A model generated the notes under the pieces. It saw nothing but the letters and a program-made list of their open reading frames with translations, searched no databases and was not told the DNA's origin. A program made the position numbers and the translations under genes. A stretch of DNA of 64,000 nucleotides from the IMG/VR virus record IMGVR_UViG_3300035670_010029. One strand, given 5' to 3'. Shown piece after piece: positions 1-9,291 of this stretch (within the stretch, counting starts at the first letter, position 1; each line of letters opens with the position of its first letter). This DNA comes from a virus.

Positions 1-1071
1 TTGGGGTCTTTGGATATACAATACAAGAATGGTCCCAAAATGGTGTCCATGAGTTGTCCTATTCATGGAGGAGATAATATAGGAGCATTGAACCTATATA
101 CTCAGGGAGACTCCTATAGAGGCAACTGGAAATGTCGCACACATGGATGTGAAAAAGTTTTCAAAAGCTCTATCATAGGGTTTATTAGGGGTGTCATGTC
201 TCATCGTAAGCACGGATGGGAAAAAGATGGAGATAAAACATGTTCTTTCAAAGAAGCTGTTAATTATGCTACTTCTTTTTTAAAGGCAGACCTCAATGAT
301 ATCAAAATATCTAAATTATCAAGAAATAAGCAATCGTTCACAACTGCTGTTCAATATATTGGAAATAATAAACCAATAATAACACCCACAGGAGGAATAT
401 CTAGGGCAATAGTACGTAAGTCTTTGGATATACCGGCGGAATACTATTTAAATAGAGGGTATTCAGAAGATATACTTAATAAGTATGATATAGGATTTTG
501 TAATAATCCCAAAAAAGAAATGTATAATAGGGTAGTAGCACCCATATATGATGATAATCATGAATATCTGATCGGATGTACAGGAAGAAGCATATTCGAA
601 AAATGTGCCCATTGTAGTTGTTATCACGATCAAAACAATAGTTGTCCAGATAAAGAAAAACGATGGCTTTATCCTAAATGGAAACATAGCTCCAACTTTA
701 AAAGTCAGAATACTCTATATAACTACTGGTATGCAAAAGATTTTATATCTAAGCTTGGGTATGTTATTATCGTTGAAGGTCCAGGGAATGTTTGGAGATT
801 AGAAGAAAATCATATTCATAACAGTGTAGCCATATTCGGTTCTTCAATGAGTGATAGACAAAAAATTATTTTGGACTCTTCAGGAGCAATGACTATAATA
901 GTCTTAACAGATAATGATGATGCTGGCAGGCAAGCAGCAGAACAAATTAAGGCTAAATGCCATAAAACATACAGAGTATTTATTCCAACTATCACAGCAT
1001 CAGATGTTGGAGACATGACGCAAGAACAAATATCTACAGAAATAGTAGGATACATAGAAAGCAAAATATGA
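1..1071 (+). CDS. dnaG: DNA primase (DnaG-type: Zn-binding domain + TOPRIM), probably 5'-truncated by the window edge
   Basis: CPIH...WKCRTHGC Zn-binding motif; YYLNRGY...KYDIGF, RVVAPIYD...TGR and PKWKHS core motifs; TOPRIM IIVEGPGNV and TDNDDAG. Frame is open from base 1. Confidence 0.9.
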   Translation: MGSLDIQYKNGPKMVSMSCPIHGGDNIGALNLYTQGDSYRGNWKCRTHGCEKVFKSSIIGFIRGVMSHRKHGWEKDGDKTCSFKEAVNYATSFLKADLNDIKISKLSRNKQSFTTAVQYIGNNKPIITPTGGISRAIVRKSLDIPAEYYLNRGYSEDILNKYDIGFCNNPKKEMYNRVVAPIYDDNHEYLIGCTGRSIFEKCAHCSCYHDQNNSCPDKEKRWLYPKWKHSSNFKSQNTLYNYWYAKDFISKLGYVIIVEGPGNVWRLEENHIHNSVAIFGSSMSDRQKIILDSSGAMTIIVLTDNDDAGRQAAEQIKAKCHKTYRVFIPTITASDVGDMTQEQISTEIVGYIESKI

Positions 1072-1658
1072 ATACAATCATTGCTTTTGCCGGAAGAAAA
1101 CAGTCTGGTAAAACCACATGTGCTGAAGCTATTATTAGACATATAAATCAAACATCTCTCAAAGACAGTATTAAACTATACAATTTTGCTGATCCTCTCA
1201 AACAAGATGTCTGTATTAATATACTGGGATTAACATATAATCAGTGTTATGGTACTGACGAAGAAAAAAATCAACCAACAGATCTTGTGTGGAATAAACA
1301 AAGATTATCGGCTAGGGAAGTTATGCAATTTGTTGGAACTGACATTTTTCGCAAAATGAAACCCAATGTTTGGGCGGATGCCACTGTTACTAAAATAAAA
1401 ACAGAAAACCATGATTATGCTGTTATAGCAGACTGTCGGTTTCCAAATGAGGTTGAGGCCATAAAAAATGCTGGTGGTACTGTTATAAAACTAACACGAA
1501 ACCCACATAATTCTGATCATATTAGTGAAACAGCTTTGGATCCAACAAATTATAATCCTTCAAATTTTGATTACGTGCTAGACAATGTTAATTTGTCTAT
1601 AGATGATCAAAACTTTCTGGCTATACAATACCTAAAAACCATTAAAGTCTTACCATGA
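1068..1658 (+). CDS. deoxynucleoside monophosphate kinase (T4 gp1-like)
   Basis: P-loop AGRKQSGKTT plus FADPLK, REVMQFVGT, IADCRFPNE and HISE family motifs; ATGA overlap with the primase. Confidence 0.88.
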   Translation: MNTIIAFAGRKQSGKTTCAEAIIRHINQTSLKDSIKLYNFADPLKQDVCINILGLTYNQCYGTDEEKNQPTDLVWNKQRLSAREVMQFVGTDIFRKMKPNVWADATVTKIKTENHDYAVIADCRFPNEVEAIKNAGGTVIKLTRNPHNSDHISETALDPTNYNPSNFDYVLDNVNLSIDDQNFLAIQYLKTIKVLP

Positions 1659-2698
1659 TTATTGCTTATCTGCGTAGTTCTAGCTATAATACCCATTCTA
1701 TGTGTGAAATGCAATATTTTTTAGAGTATGTATTAGGCAACAGGTCTCCTTCCGGGAAAAAGGCTGATAAAGGCACAATATGCCATAAGGCATTAGAAAT
1801 ATTAGCTTTTATCAAACTTAACCAACAAAATAATAACGAAACATTTGAAGATGATATAATAGGATTAGTAAACGTTAATACCTACAATTTGGATACTATT
1901 ATAGACCAAGTATACAAACACTATACATCACAATTTACACATCACATATGGGAGACTAGGGACTACAAGGATTGTCATAGCTGGATTTATAAAGCAATTA
2001 ATTATAATGATGGTATGTTCGACCCAAGAAACCACCATATAGTTCAGCCCGAACAACATTTTGATATAGAAATTAAGAGGCCGTGGTCTGCATATAAATA
2101 TGATACTCCAGACGGTGTTATGTCGGGCCATCTGGCAATTAAAGGAACCATAGATCTAATCACAAAGGTTAATGATAACACACTAGAAATCATAGACTAT
2201 AAAACAGGAAGAAGACTGGATTGGGCAACAGGACAAGAAAAAACTCCAGAAAAACTACAAAATGATCCTCAGTTAAGAATATATCATTATGCAATTCAGC
2301 ATCTGTATCCGGATATAGATCATGTTATTGTATCGATTAATTTTATTAACGATGGAGGTATGTTTTCGATCTGTTTTGACAAGTCAGATCTATATCAAAC
2401 AGAAATGATGCTAAAACAAAAATTTGAAACTATCAAAAACACACAAATACCTAGACTTAATAAGACCTGGAAATGTACTAAATTATGTCATTTCGGCAAA
2501 AGCACGTTTGAAAATACCAATATTCTGCCCATTATAGAATACAGAGATAACCAAGTCACACCCAACGGTCAATTTATGACAAAATGTGAGCAAGTCCATC
2601 ACGATATTTCTCTAAAAGGCGTTAAAACAGTCATTGACGAATACACTCGCCCAGGTTATACTGTGGGTCAGTACAAGGCACCAGGAAGCGTAGAATGA
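1655..2698 (+). CDS. PD-(D/E)XK exonuclease, Cas4/AddB/RecB-like, probable Fe-S cluster
   Basis: GTICHKALE, KGTIDLI, IIDYKTG, QLRIY motifs; one N-terminal Cys (MCEMQY) and C-terminal CxxxC...C. Confidence 0.85.
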   Translation: MIIAYLRSSSYNTHSMCEMQYFLEYVLGNRSPSGKKADKGTICHKALEILAFIKLNQQNNNETFEDDIIGLVNVNTYNLDTIIDQVYKHYTSQFTHHIWETRDYKDCHSWIYKAINYNDGMFDPRNHHIVQPEQHFDIEIKRPWSAYKYDTPDGVMSGHLAIKGTIDLITKVNDNTLEIIDYKTGRRLDWATGQEKTPEKLQNDPQLRIYHYAIQHLYPDIDHVIVSINFINDGGMFSICFDKSDLYQTEMMLKQKFETIKNTQIPRLNKTWKCTKLCHFGKSTFENTNILPIIEYRDNQVTPNGQFMTKCEQVHHDISLKGVKTVIDEYTRPGYTVGQYKAPGSVE

Positions 2699-4566
2699 AC
2701 TATATACCACTTCACTGTCATTCCATGTTTTCTCTTTTGGACGGACTCTCAAAACCTGAACAAATGGCTGATAGGTGCAAAGAGATAGGAGCAACAGCAT
2801 GTGCCATCACGGATCACGGAAACATAGCTGGAGCGGTTAAGTTTTATCTCGCTATGAAAAAGGCCGGAATTAAACCAATTTTGGGTTGCGAATTATATAT
2901 TTGCAAAGAACACCCCTCTATTAAAACCAAAGAGAACAAAAAACTAAGTCATTTTATAGTTTTAGCCCAAAATTATCAAGGATGGAAGGATCTAATCAAA
3001 CTTGTTTCAGAATCAAATAGACCCGAATTTTATTATCATAAACCTAGACTCGATATAAAAACTCTATCGGTCATATCTCATAGTAATTTTATTGGTATAA
3101 CAGGACATCTTGGTTCAACACTTGCTGACCTTATCATAGAACAAGATCAGCTTGTCGATAACTGGGAAAAAATCGGAATAGAGCATATAAATACTTTAAA
3201 GTCTATCTTTGATGATAGATTATTTTTAGAAGCACAATTGATGGACCAAGACAATTTGCCTGTACAAAAAGTATTAACAGACGCCATTAGAAAACTTGGT
3301 AAAAAGACATCAACCAAAGTTATTTGTACCCCAGATGCCCATTACTGCAACAAAGAAGACGCTGTTGATCAAAGGGTTTTATTATGTAACAATCTGAAAA
3401 CGACTTTTTCTGAGGTCAACTCTAAACTTATCAATAATGAAGACATAGCCATGGGTTGTTTTTTTTATTCCGACAATTACCACATTCTTTCTCAAGAAGA
3501 AATGTCGGCACTACACGAACCTATAGAGATAGAAAATACTAACTATGTTGCTAATCTTATCGAAGATTATGATATTATCAGTAAGCCAAGATTGCCTCCT
3601 TTTAAATGTCCTAATAATATGGACGACGCAGAGTATCTTAGGGAACTATGTCGCCAAGGATGGAAAAAGAAAATAGCTAATGTTATTCCAAAAGAAGAAC
3701 ATCAAAAATATGTAGACAGAATTAAATATGAATTAGATGTTTTGCAGGGTGCTGATCTTAGTAGTTATTTTTTGATAGTGCAGGATATCGTTAATTATGT
3801 TAGAGATAACGGGTGGTTGCCTGGACCCGGCAGAGGTAGTGCTGCTGGGTGTCTTGTTTCTTATTTGATTGGTATTACTAACATAGACCCCATACAGTAT
3901 AATCTATTGTTTGACAGATTTTACAATTCTGGTAGAAATTCTGCTGACCATATCTCAATGCCCGATATTGATGTAGACGTTCCGATCAATAAAAGAGAAC
4001 AAATTATACAATATATCAAAGATAAATATGGACAAGATAAAGTTTCTCAAATGGTTACATTCAATACCATCAAAGGTAGAGGGTCATTAAAAGATGTTCT
4101 AAGAGTATATGGCAACATATCATTTGATGAAATGAACCAAATCACTAAAAATATTCCAGACGAAGCCAAGATAGCAGACGAGCTTCAAGAAATGAAGGAA
4201 GAAACAGGAGAATCATCAATCGTTAGATGGGCATTAGAAAACCAGCCAGATAAGCTAAAAGAATGGTGTTATGTAGACGATAACAACGAAATACAAGGAC
4301 CACTTGCAAAAAGATTCGAACAGGCTATAAGATTAGAAGGAGTAAAATCCAATCAATCCAAACACGCTGCCGGTATTGCTATTTCAGCAGAGCCTTTATC
4401 TGATGTGTGTCCTATGGTTTATGATGCTAAAAACGACCAGCTTATTGCCGGAATGGAAATGCAAGACCTCGAAGCTATAGGGGTTATTAAATTTGATATA
4501 TTGGGTATAGCATATTTAGATAAAATCATGTGTATCTCAGACCTATTAAAAAATAAGGAGAGTTAA
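2695..4566 (+). CDS. dnaE: DNA polymerase III alpha, N-terminal fragment (PHP + palm/thumb)
   Basis: LHCHSMFSLLDG, AITDHG, DAHY (PHP); GPGRGSAAG; catalytic MPDIDVD; KHAAG; KFDILG; stops shortly after the third catalytic Asp. Confidence 0.95.
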   Translation: MNYIPLHCHSMFSLLDGLSKPEQMADRCKEIGATACAITDHGNIAGAVKFYLAMKKAGIKPILGCELYICKEHPSIKTKENKKLSHFIVLAQNYQGWKDLIKLVSESNRPEFYYHKPRLDIKTLSVISHSNFIGITGHLGSTLADLIIEQDQLVDNWEKIGIEHINTLKSIFDDRLFLEAQLMDQDNLPVQKVLTDAIRKLGKKTSTKVICTPDAHYCNKEDAVDQRVLLCNNLKTTFSEVNSKLINNEDIAMGCFFYSDNYHILSQEEMSALHEPIEIENTNYVANLIEDYDIISKPRLPPFKCPNNMDDAEYLRELCRQGWKKKIANVIPKEEHQKYVDRIKYELDVLQGADLSSYFLIVQDIVNYVRDNGWLPGPGRGSAAGCLVSYLIGITNIDPIQYNLLFDRFYNSGRNSADHISMPDIDVDVPINKREQIIQYIKDKYGQDKVSQMVTFNTIKGRGSLKDVLRVYGNISFDEMNQITKNIPDEAKIADELQEMKEETGESSIVRWALENQPDKLKEWCYVDDNNEIQGPLAKRFEQAIRLEGVKSNQSKHAAGIAISAEPLSDVCPMVYDAKNDQLIAGMEMQDLEAIGVIKFDILGIAYLDKIMCISDLLKNKES

Positions 4567-4571
4567 AATAT

Positions 4572-4754
4572 ATGTCAATTAAAAAATTTTTTGATATACC
4601 AGTAGGAACCACTTTTACTCTTAATAATGTTGAATACGTAAAAGTTACAGAAGATAGAATTTCGTGCTGCAAGGTTTTGAATGCAGAAACCGTAACAGAA
4701 CCCAAAACTAAGATTCAGGTTATCCCTATTACAGAAGTTGAAGTTAAAGACTAA
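4572..4754 (+). CDS. small hypothetical protein (60 aa, beta-rich) inside the split dnaE locus
   Basis: AAGGAG SD at 4555-4560; stop overlaps the next start (TAATG). Confidence 0.7.
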   Translation: MSIKKFFDIPVGTTFTLNNVEYVKVTEDRISCCKVLNAETVTEPKTKIQVIPITEVEVKD

Positions 4755-5443
4755 TGATTAATTACAACAAAATTTGTGTTTTCGATTTTGAAACCGACGG
4801 GTCTAATCCTTTTGAGTGTAGTCCAGTGCAACTTGCTGCTATTATGATAGATCCGATTAAGCTGGATATTGTTCCTAACTCTGATTTTAATATTTACTTC
4901 AAGCCAGAAGTTTTAGAAAAAGATGACAATTACCAGTATACTACAGACATATTAGATTTTCATGCGAAGGTAAAAGGATCATCAAAAGATGATATTCTGC
5001 AAGAATGGAAAAAATATCCGTCTCAGGAACATTCCTGGTCAATGTTTGTTAATTACTTAGAGAAGTATCATACCAGAGCATCTAAAAAAAGCCAGTTTTC
5101 TGCACCTATAGCTTCTGGTTACAATATATATCGATTTGATTTACATATTATAGATCGTCTCAGCAAAAAATATGGAAACACCAACAAAGAAGACAGAACA
5201 AATCTGTTCTATCCAAGAGATGTTGTTGATATTATGAATTTAATATTCTATTGGTTTGAAAATAATAATGACCTTAAAAATTATACTCTTGATTCTTTAA
5301 GAGAATATTTTGGAATTTCAAAAGAAGGAGCACACGATGCAGCTAAGGATATACAAGACAGCGCAGAAATCTTGATAAGATTCTTGAGACTCCACCGAAA
5401 TTTGTCACAAAAAATTAAGTTTAAAAACGCTTTTGCTTCATAA
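4754..5443 (+). CDS. DEDDh 3'-5' exonuclease (DnaQ/epsilon-like)
   Basis: ExoI VFDFETDG, ExoII GYNIYRFD, ExoIII AHDAAKD. Confidence 0.9.
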   Translation: MINYNKICVFDFETDGSNPFECSPVQLAAIMIDPIKLDIVPNSDFNIYFKPEVLEKDDNYQYTTDILDFHAKVKGSSKDDILQEWKKYPSQEHSWSMFVNYLEKYHTRASKKSQFSAPIASGYNIYRFDLHIIDRLSKKYGNTNKEDRTNLFYPRDVVDIMNLIFYWFENNNDLKNYTLDSLREYFGISKEGAHDAAKDIQDSAEILIRFLRLHRNLSQKIKFKNAFAS

Positions 5444-5445
5444 TA

Positions 5446-7089
5446 ATGATATCTACACAGAATCCCAATAAAAAAAAGAAACTACAATATTCTTGCGGTT
5501 GTTCTTTCAACACCATAGATAATGACTCGGATAAAATAGACTTTGATCCTGTTCATAACCCTATCAATTTTAATTGCTCCAAAACCTGGGCACTTATAGG
5601 AGATGGTAATACTAAGGGTTGTTTTCAGCTTGAGTCTAGATTAGGTAGATCTATGGCTAAAAAACTTAAGCCAACAAACATAGAAGAGCTATCTGCCCTA
5701 ATCAGTATTCTGAGACCAGGATGCTTGGAAGCCGTAAGAGACGGAAAAACTGTGTCCAACCACTACATAGATAAAAAAAATGGCCAGGAATCTATAGACT
5801 ATTATCATCCAGCACTAGAGGAAACACTTGGCAAAACCTATGGAGAGATGATATATCAAGAACAGGCAATGGAGATTGCAAAAAATATAGCTGGTTTTAA
5901 TCTACAAGAAGCAGACATGCTTCGTAAAGCTATTGGTAAAAAGAAACCAGAAGAAATGGCAAAAGTAAAATCTAAGTTTTTGAATGGGTCCAAAGAACTG
6001 GGTGTCGTTTCCTTTGAACAAGCAGAAGAAATTTTCGGATGGATAGAAAAAAGCCAAAGATATTCTTTTAACAAAAGTCATGCTGTTTCCTACGCTGTTA
6101 ATGCTTATCTGTCTGCTTACGCAAAAGCTCATTTTCCTAGGATATTTTTTGCTTCGTACCTAAGATTTGCGAAAGATAAAATTGATCCTAAGGCAGAAAT
6201 TAAAGAACTGATACAAAACGCTAACGCAATGGATATAGGCGTCTATGTGCCAGACATTAGAAATATGAATAAATTTTTTGTTCTCAAAAATAACCATATT
6301 TATTTTGGTCTCACAGATATCAAAGGGTTCGGCGATTCGGTATATAACAAACTATGTGAACTTATAAAAAAAGAACATATAGATTTTGATACTGTGTCTT
6401 GGTTAGAATTTGCATGTAAAATTTTATTGAATATTAATTCTATATCAGCTAAATCATTAATCAAGTCTGGTTCATTGTCTTTTCTAAAGAAAAGCAGAAC
6501 ATCAATGCTTTTCGAATATGAACTATTGGGGAAATTAACCAAAAAAGAAAGCGGTTTTATTTGTGATAGAGCGGATCGATATAAAAATTTAAACGACGCA
6601 TTGCTGGATTTATTCCATAATCATAGACTAACTAATAAAAGAAGCCAGACCATTAATACTATTATACAAACCTTTAATAAGCCCCCGTATTCTCTTCAGG
6701 ACAGCCCGGAATGGATAGCCGACTCAGAAGAAGAAATACTGGGCTGCAGCATCACTTGCTCTAAAGTAGATATGTATGATATTTCTATGACTAATGCAAC
6801 ATGCAAAGACTTTCATAATATGTTAAATACTGATAATATTATTGTGTGTGGAGAAATAGACACTATCAGTATCATTAAAACAAAATCAGGCAAAAATCCT
6901 GGTGCGGAAATGGCCTTTGTTTCGATGAGCGACGGATCAGGAGTGATAGACAGCGTTATTTTCTTTCCAGAGGCTTACAAAGAATTTCGAAACATTCTTT
7001 TTCAGAACAATGTTATTATTGTCAAAGGGAACAAAACAAAGAGCAAGGATGGACTCGTTGTCCAAAAAGCCTATATTCCTAGAACTTGA
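5446..7089 (+). CDS. dnaE: DNA polymerase III alpha, C-terminal fragment (fingers, HhH, OB fold)
   Basis: GNTKGCFQLES, LRPG, TYGEMIYQEQ, ADMLRKAIGKKK, YSFNKSHAVSY, FGLTDIKGFG (HhH), MAFVSMSDGSG (OB). Confidence 0.93.
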   Translation: MISTQNPNKKKKLQYSCGCSFNTIDNDSDKIDFDPVHNPINFNCSKTWALIGDGNTKGCFQLESRLGRSMAKKLKPTNIEELSALISILRPGCLEAVRDGKTVSNHYIDKKNGQESIDYYHPALEETLGKTYGEMIYQEQAMEIAKNIAGFNLQEADMLRKAIGKKKPEEMAKVKSKFLNGSKELGVVSFEQAEEIFGWIEKSQRYSFNKSHAVSYAVNAYLSAYAKAHFPRIFFASYLRFAKDKIDPKAEIKELIQNANAMDIGVYVPDIRNMNKFFVLKNNHIYFGLTDIKGFGDSVYNKLCELIKKEHIDFDTVSWLEFACKILLNINSISAKSLIKSGSLSFLKKSRTSMLFEYELLGKLTKKESGFICDRADRYKNLNDALLDLFHNHRLTNKRSQTINTIIQTFNKPPYSLQDSPEWIADSEEEILGCSITCSKVDMYDISMTNATCKDFHNMLNTDNIIVCGEIDTISIIKTKSGKNPGAEMAFVSMSDGSGVIDSVIFFPEAYKEFRNILFQNNVIIVKGNKTKSKDGLVVQKAYIPRT

Positions 7090-7118
7090 CACAATGGAAC
7101 GACGACATATGATAGAAT
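7086..7118 (+). promoter_or_regulatory. sigma70-like promoter upstream of ssb
   Basis: TTGACA (7086-7091), 16 nt, TATGAT (7108-7113); overlapping extended -10 TGnTAGAAT (7110-7118). Confidence 0.6.
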
Positions 7119-7161
7119 ATGTTTGGTTTTTGGATTTTTCTTTACAAGGAGATTTAAACAA

Positions 7162-7548
7162 ATGAATATTAATATTCTGCGCGGTAATTTAGCTAGAGAT
7201 CCTGAAGTACGTGTTGTGACTATTAATGGTAAGCAAACTTCTGTAGTAAACTTTACTGTAGCAGTCTCTCGTGAATATACTAAGGCAAATGGAGAAAAGG
7301 ATAAGGTTACCACATTCGTGCCATGTGAAGCATGGGATAGTGGTGCTGAGATAATAGGGGACTCCTTTAGAAAGGGAGACCTAGTAATGGTAGAAGGTTC
7401 GCTACGAAACGACTCTTGGGAAAAGGATGGCGTTAAGCATAATTCTTTGAAAGTCCGAGTTAATAACTTTTCAAAGATTACCAAGCTCTCAAGAAATCGT
7501 ACAGACAAAAGTCTAGACAAGAGCGAAGCTGAAACGGTTGCTTTTTAA
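7162..7548 (+). CDS. ssb: single-stranded DNA-binding protein
   Basis: LRGNLARDPE, FTVAVSR, CEAW, KGDLVMVEGSL OB-fold motifs. Start moved to ATG 7162 because of the AAGGAG SD at 7146-7151. Confidence 0.93.
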   Translation: MNINILRGNLARDPEVRVVTINGKQTSVVNFTVAVSREYTKANGEKDKVTTFVPCEAWDSGAEIIGDSFRKGDLVMVEGSLRNDSWEKDGVKHNSLKVRVNNFSKITKLSRNRTDKSLDKSEAETVAF

Positions 7549-7575
7549 TTATCATCAGAGCATAGGACAATAGAT

Positions 7576-7610
7576 GAAATGGGGGGTGTTTAGTCGCCCC
7601 CCAATTTCTA
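7576..7610 (+). terminator. GC-rich stem-loop after ssb (terminator-like, weak U tract)
   Basis: TGGGGGGTG-TTTAGT-CGCCCCCCA hairpin, extendable by GAAAT/ATTTC, in the intergenic gap. Confidence 0.55.
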
Positions 7611-7623
7611 CGCAAATAAAGAC

Positions 7624-9291
7624 ATGACACAAAACAAAAAACTCAAAATATTGATGGTTTCTGAGGCTAGCTTTTTAAGCTCTGGATTCGGAACTTATGC
7701 TAAAGAAATTCTAAGTCGTCTTCATGCCACCAACAAATATGAGATCGCAGAATTTGCTTGCTACGGCAAGGTTAATGATCCTAAAGACCATTCTATTTTG
7801 TGGAGATATTATGCTAATGCTGTAGACGAAAATGATCCAAGACATAAAGAGTATAACAATTCTTTAGAAAATCAATTTGGTAGATGGAGATTTGAGAGAG
7901 TTTTATTGGATTTTCAGCCAGATGTTGTTGTAGATGTTAGAGATTACTGGATGAATTCATATCAGCAATTCTCTCCTTTACGACCATTTTTTCACTGGGT
8001 TCTTATGCCCACAGTAGACTCTTCGCCTCAACAAGAAGACTGGATTGACACATTTTTACATGCAGATGCTATTTTTACTTATTCAGACTTTGGTCGTGAC
8101 ACTCTCTTAGAGCAAAGCAACAACAAAATTAATTACATATCTACAACGTCTCCGGGTGTTGATCTTAATATTTTTCATCCAATCCCTAACAGAGATAATC
8201 TTAGACAATCTCTGGGTATTGCTCCGGGCAGTTTTGTGATTGGATCAGTTATGCGTAACCAAAAACGCAAATTAATTCCCGAGCTATTTTCTGCTGTTAA
8301 GTCTCTTATCAATAATCTTTATCAGCAAAATAATGATTTGGCTAACAATATTTACATATACTTGCATACTAGTTATCCAGATGCGGGTTGGGATATACCA
8401 CAGTTACTAAAAGAATATGAGATAGGAAACAGGGTTTTATTCACATACTCATGTAAAAGTTGTGGATTTTTCAGACCAAAACTCTTTAGTCATCCTGTAA
8501 CATATTGTCCTAAGTGTGGCAATAGGTCTCTTTCTATGCCAAATGTTAGTAATGGACTACAACAAGAAAATCTCAATCAAGTTATTAACTGCTTCGATTT
8601 ATATGTACAATATGCCATATGTGAAGGATTTGGTATGCCACAGGTTGAAGCAGCAGCAGCGGGGGTACCCATAGCATCAGTAGATTATAGTGCAATGTCT
8701 GATGTTGTTAGAAAACTTAATGGATACCCAGTTAGAGTTAATCAATATTTTAAAGAACTTGAAACCAAAGCAATACGCGTTTATCCAGATAATAAGCACC
8801 TTCAGCAAATCATTACCGACTTCATTTCTTTGCCTGATATCCTGAAACAACAAAAAAGACATGAAACCAGAAAATTAACAGAGGAGCACTATAACTGGGA
8901 TAACATAGCTAAACAATGGGAAAATTATTTTGATCATATTACGCTCAGTGGTATGCAAGGCAAGTGGTCATCGAATCTTCCATTAATGAACAATATTAAT
9001 AATTTAGATGGAGACAATGCTTACGACATCATAACCTCGGCTGTTTCAACACATATGCCCCAACACCAGATCATAAGCTCAATGTCTCTGTTAAATATGC
9101 TCAAAGATACAGATTACGGATTTACTCTTAATGGCTTACAAATTCAGCCATACGGACTAGAGCAGGTAAAGAACTCGCTAAACGTAATGATCAACAATCA
9201 TAATACTGCCATACAGGCAAAAAATAATCTTGGATCACTCTCTCCAGAAGACTATATTTCTTACGCACACATGAAAGATAACACTAAATGA
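7624..9291 (+). CDS. GT-B (GT4-like) glycosyltransferase with Zn-ribbon insertion
   Basis: KILMVS...SGFG, PGVDLNIFHP, RNQKRK, EGFGMPQVEAAAAGVP, YNWDNIAKQW; CKSC...CPKC insert. Confidence 0.9.
   Translation: MTQNKKLKILMVSEASFLSSGFGTYAKEILSRLHATNKYEIAEFACYGKVNDPKDHSILWRYYANAVDENDPRHKEYNNSLENQFGRWRFERVLLDFQPDVVVDVRDYWMNSYQQFSPLRPFFHWVLMPTVDSSPQQEDWIDTFLHADAIFTYSDFGRDTLLEQSNNKINYISTTSPGVDLNIFHPIPNRDNLRQSLGIAPGSFVIGSVMRNQKRKLIPELFSAVKSLINNLYQQNNDLANNIYIYLHTSYPDAGWDIPQLLKEYEIGNRVLFTYSCKSCGFFRPKLFSHPVTYCPKCGNRSLSMPNVSNGLQQENLNQVINCFDLYVQYAICEGFGMPQVEAAAAGVPIASVDYSAMSDVVRKLNGYPVRVNQYFKELETKAIRVYPDNKHLQQIITDFISLPDILKQQKRHETRKLTEEHYNWDNIAKQWENYFDHITLSGMQGKWSSNLPLMNNINNLDGDNAYDIITSAVSTHMPQHQIISSMSLLNMLKDTDYGFTLNGLQIQPYGLEQVKNSLNVMINNHNTAIQAKNNLGSLSPEDYISYAHMKDNTK

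Noticed and set aside
1655-2698. CRISPR-Cas system suggested by the Cas4-like gene
   Set aside because: No repeat-spacer array or other cas genes were seen; stand-alone Cas4-like nucleases are common in phage replication modules.
4400-5650. Split intein joining the DnaE halves
   Set aside because: No N-terminal C/S intein block after the N-extein and no HN-C/S/T junction in the C-half; the usual FNKSH site is uninterrupted.
7123-7161. Longer ssb start from the ORF track
   Set aside because: The extension contains the SD for ATG 7162 and lies just downstream of the promoter; SSB homology starts at MNIN.
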